The notes under the pieces are model-generated. The model searched no databases and was not told the origin of the DNA. It saw nothing but the letters and a program-made list of their open reading frames with translations. A program made the translations under genes and the position numbers. DNA of 64,000 nucleotides from positions 16,926,001 through 16,990,000 of the forward strand of contig NC_045138.2 of assembly GCF_008831285.2 (NCBI RefSeq), written 5' to 3'. Shown one piece after another: positions 24,690 through 37,164 of this stretch (the first letter of the stretch is position 1; each line of letters starts with the position of its first letter). This DNA comes from Nymphaea colorata (Eukaryota).

Positions 24690-27600
24690 TGAGAGGAGAC
24701 TTACTTCTTCTTTGCTCAAGTAAGGAAAATGGTCAGTGGTGTAGTTTCATGTGATTTTGGTCGATCATGATGATAAGTCATCCTTTTCTGAATGGTCCAA
24801 TATTGGGCTTCACATATTATTTTCCTTGACGAAGATGGGAAATTGCTCATTTTGTTGTTTTGCATCCCATAGTCAAGTGATTACATGCTTACTAAGCAAA
24901 AAGCTTCTGATGCCACTAGACGTGGCTGCACCTAGTCAATTAACATTTATTTAGAATACAGTAACAATACTCAGACTTGTATAAAATTATCCAAGTAGCA
25001 TTTTTGTCAAGTTGTATTTTGGCTACGTTTTAGTCCATTGTAGGTGTGCCTTTAGCATTAAGGTTTTCTTGTGTATCGGGCATTTGAGTAGTTGCGATTT
25101 ATCTACTCTTGAAAATTAACAAGATTGGATTGACTATGTAGCGTAGGTGTGATATGTGTTGGCTGGCCCAGCTTTGATCATCAATCTTGTAGTCGTGGTG
25201 TTTTTATTAGAAACTTGATGTGTGACCTTTTGGTATTGTAAAAATCAAACGAGATTCTTCTATATGAATTATGATTTATCTATTTTTGAAAAGTAACAAG
25301 ATTTTGCTAGTTGTGGAATGACTACCTAGCATTGTTGATACATGCTTAAGAACCAGATATGTGATGGGCCTGATGGCTGGCCCAGGTTCAATCATCGATC
25401 TTTTTATCTTGGTGATTTGTTAGAAACTTAATATTTCATCTTTTGTTGTTTATCAAACAAGATTCTTCTTACATGAGCAGGTGGACATACGGAAACTAAA
25501 ACCTTCTGATGGACTTTGTATTCACGCTTGATGGGATATACTGAATCGTTTGTAAGAGTTCTCCTTACATGACCAAGGCAGGTGCACTTCTCCCCTTTTC
25601 CCCCACCCCAGAGCAAAGGGGACGCCTGCTGTTAGGAAGAGATGATATTGCCTTGTCAAGGTAGACGATATTTGAACCTGTCTCCTAGAAGAGGTACGTG
25701 TGATGTCTCAGCAGCAGGCTAGAACCTCGTGGGGTTGTAACTTTGTTGCCTACATGCTGAGGAAACATGGTGCGTATTGCATATTCTGAGATCTCAAAAT
25801 TATTGGTAAAAATCTGGGTATGAAAAACTAGGTACCGTTTCACATGAAATTTTTTAAAGCAAAAGTCGTGAGTTATATATATATATGTGTGTGTGTGTGT
25901 GAGAGAGAGTGAGTGAACGATTGCTGGTTATCTAAAGTCACCAAGCCATCTGACCTAAAGCAGAAAAGGAGCAAAATGTGTAAACTAATCTGTTAACTTT
26001 TTTTTTTTTCTCTTTTAACCGTCTATTATGTTGAATCGGATGGTGTAGATTAGATGGCTGAGTGATCACCATTCAAATTTTTTATACTTGTTTTCCTCTA
26101 AAATCACTCAGAACCATTCAAATTTTCTATACTTATTTTCCTCTAAAATCACTCAGAAAAGTGCAGAAAACTCTTTAATTAAAGGTACATTTCTTTTTTA
26201 TTAGTTGCTAAATGATCTTGAATGTAGCTGATGCAGATTGGTTCTCTGTATCCTTTGGTCCAAGGTGTATGGATCCTAATATTGACGGTACTGCTTGAAA
26301 CAACTCCAAGTGGCTAAAGAACTGTCGAATGGTGCAGCGTAGCCAATTGAATAAAGATTAACATTGATATATGTTCTCAATCTTATTTTAATTTATATTT
26401 TTATTTTCCTGGAACCGATGTTTGAATAATTTTTCAGAACTAGACTCTTTTGGTGTGTCTCTCCAACTCGAGGAAGTGTACTTGTTTCTGCTTATGTAAA
26501 GCATGATGCTCGTGAGACTTGAACAATTGCTGTTATCTTGAGACGGTGCATCTCACGATGTACTTTCCAATCACAAACTTAAGGCGTCACGATGTACTTT
26601 TCAATCACAAACTTAAGGATGAGACGGTCTTTTGATATTGAGTTTTCATGTTTAATTTAGAAGCAGAAACTGCCTACCCTTTCTTTGGATCAAGTGTTGT
26701 TTTGGGATTTGGATAGACATATGGTACATCTATCAATTAGAGTATTATACTACCACTTGTTTCTGTTCAGAAAAACTGACGACTGAGTTTTTATTGGCTC
26801 ATCAGCCCAACTAGCTACCTTAATTCATCAGGTATGTGCTTTTGAGATGAAATATCCAAATATGTTTTCAAAACAGTCGGTCCACTCATTAAGAACATGG
26901 GACTGGTTACATGTAACTCTCTTAATTCTCTAGGTATATTTGCTAATAAATTCATTCTGAAAAACACTTTTGGCCTGACAATTTAAATATTAATCTAGTG
27001 TGATATAATCAAATGACTACACATTATATATATATATATATATAATTCATTAAATTACGTAAATGGATGAAGTATGGAGACTGTGTTGAATGATTGTAAA
27101 TCACGATCACGTTGATTGATCGTTAAGGTGGAGTATGCTTGAATTCGGTTATAGATACAGTCAGTTAAAAACGAAACTGCATCAATGCAGCATAGAATGG
27201 AGTTCGAATATAATTGGGTTTACAATTTTATTCAGACTAAAAATGTGCCCAAAATTGAATTTAGACTTGGATGGAGAACTGTAGGTTTCATGGGTTCCAT
27301 TTATTACGACAGATTCCTCAAGTTAGTTATAGCTGAGATTCACCGAATAAATGAAACTTCAAAAAAAAATTACACCTTATGAGAAAGAGATGCACCTAAA
27401 GTACTAAGTTTGGGTGTGGATGCAGTTTTCACTGACATATTTATTTACACCTTGAGATATCAAAAGGCCTACAAACTACACCTACCAAATTTGAAAATTT
27501 ATGTGCTCAGATGCCTAAGCACCACTTTCTTTAAAAGATTTACCTTAGTTCTTACACAGTCATCCACTTTGAAAGTTTTTCCCGATAATTTTCTTAGAAA

Positions 27601-29879
27601 TGTTTACAAATTTTCATGTTTGAGGTGAATGTGAAAATTTTACTCAAGTGGAGTTGTTAAGTGAATTTAAGGTAGTGTCCGGATGCAAGGCCAAAAGTAA
27701 CATGGAAAGAAAAAAAAGTGAAAAAAAAATTGATTCTTCAAAGATTTTTTAGAAGAAAAAAGTTTCACCCAATTTAGATTTGAGACTTGTAAATTTTTCC
27801 AACCAATAAATTTGCTTGAAATTTACAATATAAGCCGAAAAAACATTTGATTCTTCAAAGGAGAGGCAAGGTTAAAAAAAAAAAATCAGAAAAAAAAGTT
27901 TCATTCGGAAAATAAAAGATTCCAACAACATCGCTTTGGAGTCCAAACCCGGTGCAACACATAAACCCGGTTCTTAAAACTCATTAAAGTTTTTTACTTT
28001 TTTCTGCATCTCAAATTTAAAATTTTTAAACAAAGATATATAAATAAAAATGTGCCTCAAAATAAAAAAATTAAGGACTTTTTGTAAAAAAAATAATTTT
28101 AAATTATTCTATCTTATAGACATCTATATTTTAGAAAAAATAAATGGCGAGTTTGGTTGAGGATCGTTTTTGATGAATGGTTAAAAGAAAAAAAAAAAAA
28201 ACAAAGTGACGAGCATTTTCATCATATTATATTTGTTCATATTTTTTTATTTAAGTTTTTATGTCAACATTTCATCATGAACCCTCATGAGTGAGCTCAC
28301 CCTTCACTCTCTCTTATATTTTAGTGAGTGAAATAATGTTTCTAAAAAAAAATTACTAATAGAATCCCAATGTTTTGACATTTTCTTCTCAATTTATTTT
28401 GTTTTTGTTGGAGATAAACCCAGTTACCGATTCGGATTTGATAAAGCAATTCGGTTTTGATCACGAAACAGATTCGGATGCAGCCATGCATTTATTTTCA
28501 CAATGGAATCTGAATCGGATAAAGTATCCGAGTCGATTGCCCATAAGTACGGGAACCAAATCCAGTTCTAGAAAAACAAGGTTCGAATTGGGGTCTGAAC
28601 CGAAATCCGACACACAAAATCCAAAAAGAAATCGATTGAAGGCTGAGTTTCTACTCAAATCCGATCCGAACCATTACCACATTCGGTTTCAAGTTCATGA
28701 GATCGTATACGTAAAACACGGGGAACACTTTTATAAACGCCATTTTTACCCTTCAAAATACGAAATTTCGAAAATAAAGTTTCGTCTCTCTTTCTCTATG
28801 CAGCTTGGAAGGTGTGAGGGCGAAAGTTTTATATATATTTTTAATACCCTTTCTCCATTTCTCTCTCTTCCTCAGATCGCTCTCTCTCTCCTCTCCCCCT
28901 CTGGGTGGGTGTGGGGTTGAAGAGGAAAACCCTCGGCTGCCCCTGCAATTCTCGCCTTCCATCCGATGCCCTTTCCTCCTTTCTCTCTTTCCCCGCACGT
29001 CCTCTGAAGAGGGAAGAAAAGGAAAAAAAAAACCCCAAAATTAGCGGGAAATTACTCAAGATTTGAGATCCTGCCATTCGTCTCCTTCCCTCCATCCTCC
29101 CTCTGCAAATCTTCGCCCGCCATCGCCTCCCCACCTACTCCTCCTTCGCGCTACCCTCAGGGGCGGAAGGCCTTGTGTCCTGGTTCTTGTTCCTTGTTAG
29201 GGTTTTGGAGGAAGCGGTTCGGAGGAGGGAGGCTTTTAGTTTAGCTGTTTCGCTTTTGATTCTGGCGTTTTTAGAGAGAAGAGTTTGAATATTTGGTGGG
29301 GTTTGGGAGTGAGTCAGGAGGTTCGCCACTGGAGGAATTAGGCATTTCTTCAGGGTCCTGAGGACCCCTTCTGCTGCCTTCTTAAGAGGTACAGTATGAA
29401 TTGCTTGGTTTTCTTCTTCCTTGCTTTTTTGGTTATGATTTCGGTTGAAATGCTGTGGTTTTGCTCAAGTGTGAAGTTTAGGAGTTCTTGTGGTTCTTCG
29501 GCTATCGTCGTTTTTTTTTTTTATCGTTCTGTGATTGGTTTATGATACTGGAGTTTGTGGGCTGGTCTTTTGGTTGTTTGTTTGCCTTTTCTGAGCCTTT
29601 ATGGTTTTCTCCTGATTCTCTTCCTGTTTGATTTTGTGTTTGTTTAGTGCTGGAAATCAGTGTGTATGTGGTGTTCGTCGGTTTGTTTTGCCTCTGCGGC
29701 TGAGAAACGGAAGCTTGAAAACTGTGATGGACGGTCTCTTGGTAGAGGAACTAGCTTTTCTGGCTATTCGTGGCTCTGCTATGAAGTTCATTAGATTGGG
29801 TAATTCTTGAAGGAAATTCGGAATCTGTGTGTTCTTTGTTTGTTGGTGAAGGGGAAGAAGGCGTTCGTTCTGTCTCTTA

Positions 29880-32018
29880 ATGGCAAACCACGAATTGGCT
29901 CTTGGGCAGGCTCACAGCTTGGATCTGCGGCGAGCCCACACTCTAGGCCTTAGCCAAGCTCATGATTTGGCTCTGCGCCAGAGCCATGATCACAGCTTAG
30001 GCCTTGGGCACAGCCACAAGCATGAATTGGGTCTCAGCCAGAGCCATGCCCTCGCTCTTGCGGCACAGCCGCATGAACTAGATCTCTCGGACAACCATGG
30101 CCTTCATAGCCATGATCTTACCGTGGGAGAAAACCATGAAGTGGCTATGGACCACAATCAAGACATGGGTGTCAATGTTGGTCAGGAGTTGGTCATTGTT
30201 TCTGAGCAGCAGCAGCCAGTTGTGACTAGTCAGGCACTTGTTACACCCATTCGTCAGAACCGAGCACTCGTTGCTGACCCAGATCATGAGCTGACAGTAG
30301 GGCAGGAGTTTCCAGATGTGAAGAGTTGCCGAAGAGCCTTGAGAGATACTGCTATAGCGTTGCATTTTGAGATTCAGACCGTGAAGTCAGACAAAACAAG
30401 ATTCACAGCTAAATGTGCTACTGAAGGTTGCCCTTGGCGAATTCATGCTGCAAAGCTTCCTGGTGTTCCTACTTTTACAATAAGAACCATTCATGCCCAA
30501 CATACTTGTGGAGGCATTACACACTTGGGGCACCAGCAGGCTTCAGTTAGTTGGGTTGCCAGCTCCATGGAAGACCGTCTTCGAGAGAATCCAACTTATA
30601 AGCCAAAAGATATACTTGAAGACATTCATAGAATGCATGGTATCACATTGACGTACAAGCAAGCATGGCGTGGAAAGGAGCGTATAATGGCTTCTCTTCG
30701 TGGTTCATTTGAGGAAGGGTATCGACTTCTACCACAGTACTGTGACCAAATCAAGCGGACTAATCCTGGAAGTATTTCTTCAGTGTATGGTGCAGGTCCC
30801 GAGAACTGCTTTCAGCGCTTATTTATCTCATTTTTCGCTTCAATCTATGGTTTCATAAATGCTTGCCGTCCACTGCTTGGGCTCGACCGGACAGTGTTAA
30901 AGAGCAAATATCTTGGGACCTTGCTTCTTGCTACAGGATTTGATGGTGACGGTGCATTGTTTCCATTGGCATTTGGAGTTGTTGATGAGGAGAATGATGA
31001 GAACTGGATGTGGTTTTTGTCTGAACTTCATAATCTGCTTGAAATGAATACTGAAAACATGCCTAGGCTAACCATCTTGTCGGATCGGCAGAAAGGCATC
31101 GTGGATGGGGTTGAAGCAAACTTTCCCACTGCATTTCATGGGTTCTGTATGCGTCACCTCAGCGAAAGCTTCCGCAAAGAGTTCAACAATCCAATGCTGG
31201 TGAATCTTCTGTGGGAGGCTGCTTATGCGCTCACTGTAATTGAGTTTGAGGCCAAATTACTTGAAATAGAGGAAATATCTCAAGATGCAGCTTATTGGAT
31301 CCGACGTGTTCCACCTCGGCTTTGGGCCACTGCTTATTTTGAAGGTACAAGGTTTGGACACCTAACAGCGAACCTCGTGGAATCCTTGAATACATGGGTT
31401 CATGAGGCATCTGGATTGCCAATTGTCCAGATGATGGAATCTATACGTAGGCAACTAATGACATGGTTTAATGAGAGAAGAGAAACTAGCATGCAATGGA
31501 ACTCTATCCTCGTGCCATCTGCTGAAAGGCGTGTTGCAGATGCAATTGAACAGGCACGCAATTATCAAGTTCTTCGTGCTAATGAGGCAGAATTTGAAGT
31601 TATATCTCATGAAGGAACCAATATTGTAGATATCCGAAACCGTTGCTGTCTTTGTCGTGGCTGGCAGTTGTATGGTTTGCCTTGTTCACATGCTGTTGCA
31701 GCACTCATCTCTTGTAGGCAGAATGTTAATCGATTTACTGAGAGTTGTTTCACTGTCACAAATTATCGCAAGACCTACTCTCAGACAATCCACCCTGTCC
31801 CTGATAAAACATTGTGGAAGGAGTTGTCTGAGCATGCAGAAAATGGTGGAAATAAAATTGATGTTGTAATATCTCCACCAAAGTCTCTTCGGCCCCCAGG
31901 GCATCCAAGGAAGAAAAGAGTGCGTGTGGAGGATCGTGGTCGTGTAAAGCGAGTTGTCCACTGTAGCCGCTGCAATCAGACAGGGCATTTTAGAACAACA
32001 TGCACTACGCCTATATAA
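29880..32018 (+). CDS. MUG: MUSTANG-A domesticated Mutator-like transposase, 712 aa, single coding exon (copy 1)
   Basis: His-rich N-terminus, MuDR DNA-binding domain (C..GCPWRIHA..H.C), MULE DDE domain, SWIM (CLCRGWQLYGLPCSHA), C-terminal CSRCNQTGHFRTTC knuckle. No PB1 domain and no flanking TIRs seen. Confidence 0.93.
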   Translation: MANHELALGQAHSLDLRRAHTLGLSQAHDLALRQSHDHSLGLGHSHKHELGLSQSHALALAAQPHELDLSDNHGLHSHDLTVGENHEVAMDHNQDMGVNVGQELVIVSEQQQPVVTSQALVTPIRQNRALVADPDHELTVGQEFPDVKSCRRALRDTAIALHFEIQTVKSDKTRFTAKCATEGCPWRIHAAKLPGVPTFTIRTIHAQHTCGGITHLGHQQASVSWVASSMEDRLRENPTYKPKDILEDIHRMHGITLTYKQAWRGKERIMASLRGSFEEGYRLLPQYCDQIKRTNPGSISSVYGAGPENCFQRLFISFFASIYGFINACRPLLGLDRTVLKSKYLGTLLLATGFDGDGALFPLAFGVVDEENDENWMWFLSELHNLLEMNTENMPRLTILSDRQKGIVDGVEANFPTAFHGFCMRHLSESFRKEFNNPMLVNLLWEAAYALTVIEFEAKLLEIEEISQDAAYWIRRVPPRLWATAYFEGTRFGHLTANLVESLNTWVHEASGLPIVQMMESIRRQLMTWFNERRETSMQWNSILVPSAERRVADAIEQARNYQVLRANEAEFEVISHEGTNIVDIRNRCCLCRGWQLYGLPCSHAVAALISCRQNVNRFTESCFTVTNYRKTYSQTIHPVPDKTLWKELSEHAENGGNKIDVVISPPKSLRPPGHPRKKRVRVEDRGRVKRVVHCSRCNQTGHFRTTCTTPI

Positions 32019-34376
32019 ATGTTCATTTTGAGTGGTAGCTAGATTATTGAGGCACCCGTATCTTCTTGTGAAAAATTTAGGGATCCTGTGTATCGAGACC
32101 TGCAGCCTTTTGTTGGAAATTAAGTTTTCGAGATCATTTTTTGCTTTGAGGTATATGGGGCTTATTATCTTGTAGGATATCTTAGTCTTTTTACACTTTT
32201 CTGCTGTGCAATCGCATGTTCTAGTTTTTCCTTCCATGTTCCCCGTTCTCTCTGTGATGTTATACAGCATGCTTGTAGAACTTTAGCTGTATCCCACTCT
32301 TCTTCTATGGATAGGTAAATAAGAAAAAAAAAATTGTATGTTGTGATGTTTTATCATGTATGTTCTTGTAATCACACTAACTTGTCCCTTGTTAATTAGC
32401 TTGTCTTTTACACAGCTCGGTCTTAAACAAATCCAATTTGAAAGGCACCAAGTGTGGCACCGTCTCTGCATCTTTTCTACATTTAAAGGTAATTACGATG
32501 GCAAAACTACAATGTCTGGTGAGTTACTCATAACCAGATGATATGCCATCCTTCTCAATTTTCTAAATTATTTCGAGGCCTTTGGACTAAGGAAGACAAG
32601 AATACCATCAAAAGCTATTGATGATGGATGAGGGTAAGAATTTTAATCTACTCAGACATGTACAAGCGGCTAATTCATGTAAGTGCCAGAATTGCTAACC
32701 TGGGGTGTCTGGTTAACGCCATCTCCTGCTCTTAGGCACCTCAGCAGGTTGAGTGCCATTAGTTTTCTATCTGGTAATTGGATTCGTTTACTTTGTATAG
32801 TCTTCTTCCTTGACCAAATATATATATGTCTGTAGAAGGTACAAGATCGCTTCGACCCATCAGACCTTGTCTTATCAGGTTTGTTGATTAATTTTGACCC
32901 TCAGCAGCAAGATGAACGATTACTATACTTGCACTTGTGCAACAGCCCCTAATAATTGTTCATGACTTACCTGCTGGCCTTTTACTTCATATCTGCCATC
33001 TATAATCTTTTGCTATCAATGCAGATCTGTATTTCTGAACTTGAAGGCCCCTTCAGTAAGGTGTTTAACATACTTTTCTACTTTTTTGGGTACTTTAATC
33101 GATGAATCCTATCAGGTTACTTCTTGAACTTATGGAGTGAGATTTGAATGATTACTGACAAATGATTGGGTGCACTGAATCTCTTCTTTTTCAGCTGCTG
33201 GCTGTTGCCTCTGGAAGTGCAAGCTTTTCTTTAGTTGGTTCTCAATCTAAGCAAGAACTGAGATTTCTTTACTTGGAGAAGATAACCATCCATATCAGTG
33301 CCCATGGGGATTCTATGGTTGTCTTGTGAAAATGGGCAGTATCTCCTTGTAGTGCCAAGGACAGTACCTCCTGCATGACGTTGGCATTTGAAGCGTCCAC
33401 CTTGTGACTTGCTCTTTGGGAACGTGCTTTTTTCATGCTTCGCTAAAAGCATTAAAGTAGTTTGAGGATAAGAGCAGCAGAACATTGTTTTATCACGATT
33501 GAAATAGTCGTTTCTCGATCTTCATGTGATATGTTGATGGCAAGCTAGATGGTCTTCGTTGGGTTTCTTTTATACTAACCAGGAAGAATGGCATGGCCGG
33601 CCTTCATTTTACGAAGTTTTTGAATGAGCCAACTATGTTTTTTATTTTACCGTAGCCTCCAGCTGTGAATGCATACAATCTTCCATAAAGTTCCTCGCCG
33701 TCGATTTGATGGATGACCATAGTGAACTTTAAGCACGTGTTGTCTAGGAGCCAAATTCTTGCAATAATATAATCCATACATTGATATGCTCTCGTTCTCA
33801 TGCAAACGGTAGAGAGCACAAGATCTCAATCATAATTCATAACTCAAACCGATCTGCTTGAATGGTGGATAGTTCATCCAAAGCTGGACAGATCACTGGA
33901 TGCCAAGGACCTTGTGAGCCAACCTCAAGCACTCTCCACTGTCTAGCAGATAAAAAGGGATCAGAACGGTACATCGGAACCTCAGGAGCCACAAGTTTTG
34001 TACCGATAAAGACTGGGTAGGGAAGTCACTGCCATCATCATCGTAATCACCATTCACCATCACCATCATGCCAAGGGATCCAGCAAGTCACGTGCATGAA
34101 CGCACACTTTGAGAATTGTAACTTGCCATGGGGTGCAAATAAGTTTCTTCATCACAGGTGCAGTTTCCTCATGTGAGAAATGAAAAATAAGGGGGCAAAA
34201 ATTGCCATGCTACATAGATCCATAAGGATCTCCACAGACATGCTAATCTAATGGAAGAGCGGGTACATTAATTGAACTTCTGCCTATGCCAACACAATGC
34301 TCTGCAATAATAATAATAATCAGGTCCTAAATTTAAGCCTGAAAAAGCACGCATGTGATATCTGAATTTGTATAGG

Positions 34377-36297
34377 TGGATCCATCATCGCCACCACAGA
34401 CTGGTACATAGCCTCCGGCACGAAGACGAGCAAGCCCAGGGTTTGGAAGGAGGTTAAGAGTACCTGGACCTCTGTGGGGGATAAAAATTGCATGTCAACT
34501 GGGTTGAGCTAGCTCTGTGTTGATTCATGTGAATTCCGCGAAATGGATCCATCATTGCCACCGCAGACTGGTACATAGCCTCCGGCACGAAGACGAGCAA
34601 GCCCAGGGTTTGGAAGGAGGTTAAGAGTACCTGGACCTCTGTGGGGGATAAAAATTGTATGTCAACTGGGTTGAGCTAGCTCTGTGTTGATTCATGTGAA
34701 TTCCGCGAAACCTGTGCATCCTCATCGAGTGTAAAACCACCATATTAATACTTTTATGCAATATCACCATACAAGTTTATAAGCTGTTTAGCCAACTTTT
34801 CGTCTGGCAAGGAAGTTTTTTTAAGGTTAGAAGCACCAATAATTGGTGTAAGCTTCTCCTATGTAGCAGTTGCAAGATCCGATTTTTTTTTTTTAGAAAA
34901 AAGAGCTTTCCGTTTGCCATATCTCATGGCTCATCGAATGAACTGATAGACAGCTTCAAATGCAGTTCCATATATAGGTTGTACTACTGAGATGGGATAT
35001 TGTCATTGGGCAATGTAGTTTGCATGTGCATGAGTTAAGTTTCAATTTTGAACTTGAAAGATACACTTGAAAAATTTTGGTCCGCTCTTAGATGTAAGAT
35101 CTATAACATTATAATCAGAACCATTGATCCTGCGGTACATTTTTTTTTTTGTTGAAAATTAAAACAAGAAAGCATGTAGGTGCCTTCAATGTTCGATTGT
35201 AAAACCAAATTGTTGGAAGGGCATGCAAGTCTACTAATCAAAGTAACATATTCAATCAAGAGAAAAAGTTCCAATAGTATTCTAGCTGCTCATGGCTGTT
35301 CTCGCCGATATCTGTGAGAAGCCAACCTACTATGCACCCCACCAGGTAAAGGGAGGCGCTTCTTAGAAGGCCAAGGATTGGTGAATCTGTTGACAATCAA
35401 TATTTCTTTAATTGGAAAGAAGCAAAACATAGCTCCTTGTGATTTGAAACTTTAAGAAAAAAAACTTAACCATAAAAGATTGCATTCATGCCTGTATCAA
35501 CTACTGAGCACTTTGAACTTGAGTTGCAGAGTCATTAATTTCATCTGTTTTTCTCCTGCAACCCCGCAGTTTCTTGGATGGTGATGGCAGCTCCACTAAC
35601 ATGGCGCGTATAGCTAATACTCAGCCACCAGCGCCAATCACAGCATCAACACACGGTAATGGAATCTGCATAAGCCGATTGCTGGGGGACCCGTGTATAT
35701 AAGAACACATCTCACTGTCAAACTTGTAAGCAGCAACTGCTCGATTGAACATTAGCCATCAACTTCCTGCTTTTAGTTGCAGAATCAAAAAGAGCAGGGA
35801 CATGTCTACCTGGGTAAATCACTGGTTGTGGGGGTTGCACACTCTGCAATTGCTGAACACCCACTGGTTCCAAATGTTGAATTGGCATTGACATCTTTAA
35901 AAGTAAATACAAGAGATATATGTCGACCATAACTAATTGCATACAGCCTAATATAATTTTAGGCTCAATTCAATTAGTATCTCGGAACTAATTGCTTTAA
36001 CCCTGAAAATATAAAGCATGTTCTAGAACAGTGATGCGTCACACCAACAAAACTGGCCCAAGCAAAGAAAAGAAAAAGAAGCGAAGGCTGCAGTTCAGAT
36101 TGGTTCTTCAGTTCTTCAGCAATACGCTTCACGCAGAGTAGGAACAGAACTTTCATTCAGTGGAAGAACACTTTTATCAACCAAGAAATTCCTCGAAGTG
36201 TGAGAGAATCAATTAAACTGCTTTGCACACGCATGTGGGCTCCCATTTTATCTGAGCAACTCCATCATCTGCCAAAACACAGAACAGGAGGTTCTCT
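34377..36297 (-). pseudogene. Decayed 3' half of FLK (remnants of the last four coding exons; last exon tandemly doubled)
   Basis: ~36150-36297 matches 47789-47937. ~35805-35895 matches the ends of 47323-47589 (internal deletion). ~35491-35690 matches 47004-47198 with frameshifts. 34377-34543 and 34544-34710 each match 46071-46250. Confidence 0.88.
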
Positions 36298-36771
36298 ACA
36301 GATTAAACGGAGAAAAAAAATTCAAAATTAACAAGAAGCTATTATGGAATCTGAATCCTAAACTTTGGAATGCAAATGTGCTAAGTATCTTTCTTAAATA
36401 AAAAAAGGTACCTTTGACAGATTAATTTGAAGACTTTGGTGAATAGGGATCATCTCGGTCTTCTTCTCTAGATTCCTCTCAATTACGCAGGATGTAATCC
36501 TGGACACAAATAATAGAATGGTGTTCACAGTTTCTCCACCAGGACGTACTCCCCAACCTGCAGTAGCTATATCATTACATTTGCATATAATATCTATCAG
36601 GTTATGCAGAACTACCATAAAGTCATGCTCGCTGTGATTTGATTAAAGCTGTGCCACTTGATGTTTAAGGCCAAATTGTCATTGTGTGACCACCTGTGAA
36701 TGTGACTGCTATTAAAATCATGAACTATGTTTCCAAAGTAGTTATATGGAAAAATGTAGCTTATTTATGGG

Positions 36772-37164
36772 CATAGCCACAAATATCATTCTAGGGTCCG
36801 AGTATTTATCGGCAAAGTTGTTCTTTTTGGGAAAATCTTGGAAAAATCTCAGAGCTTTTTAAAAACATAAAAAGTCAAAATGTTAGGTAAAAATATAAGA
36901 AATGAAAAACTAATAGGTATCGTATTGCGTTTAGAAGGCCATGTTAAATACCTAAAACAAGAGGAAATAAACCAATGAAACAAAGGTTGAAAAAAATAAA
37001 AACAGAAAACGAAATAAAAAATAAATGAAAAAATCAGAGAAAATCGTGATAAATTCATTTTTAACCTTTTTCAATATATCGTGATATTTTTCCGTTTTTA
37101 TCTTTTTTTTTTTCTGGTTAATATCACAATATCTTTTAAAAATATCACCATATTTGTGGCTATG
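36772..37164. mobile_element. MITE with perfect 15-bp TIRs
   Basis: catagccacaaatat (36772-36786) / atatttgtggctatg (37150-37164). Absent from the paralogous site near 49235. No clean TSD. Confidence 0.75.
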
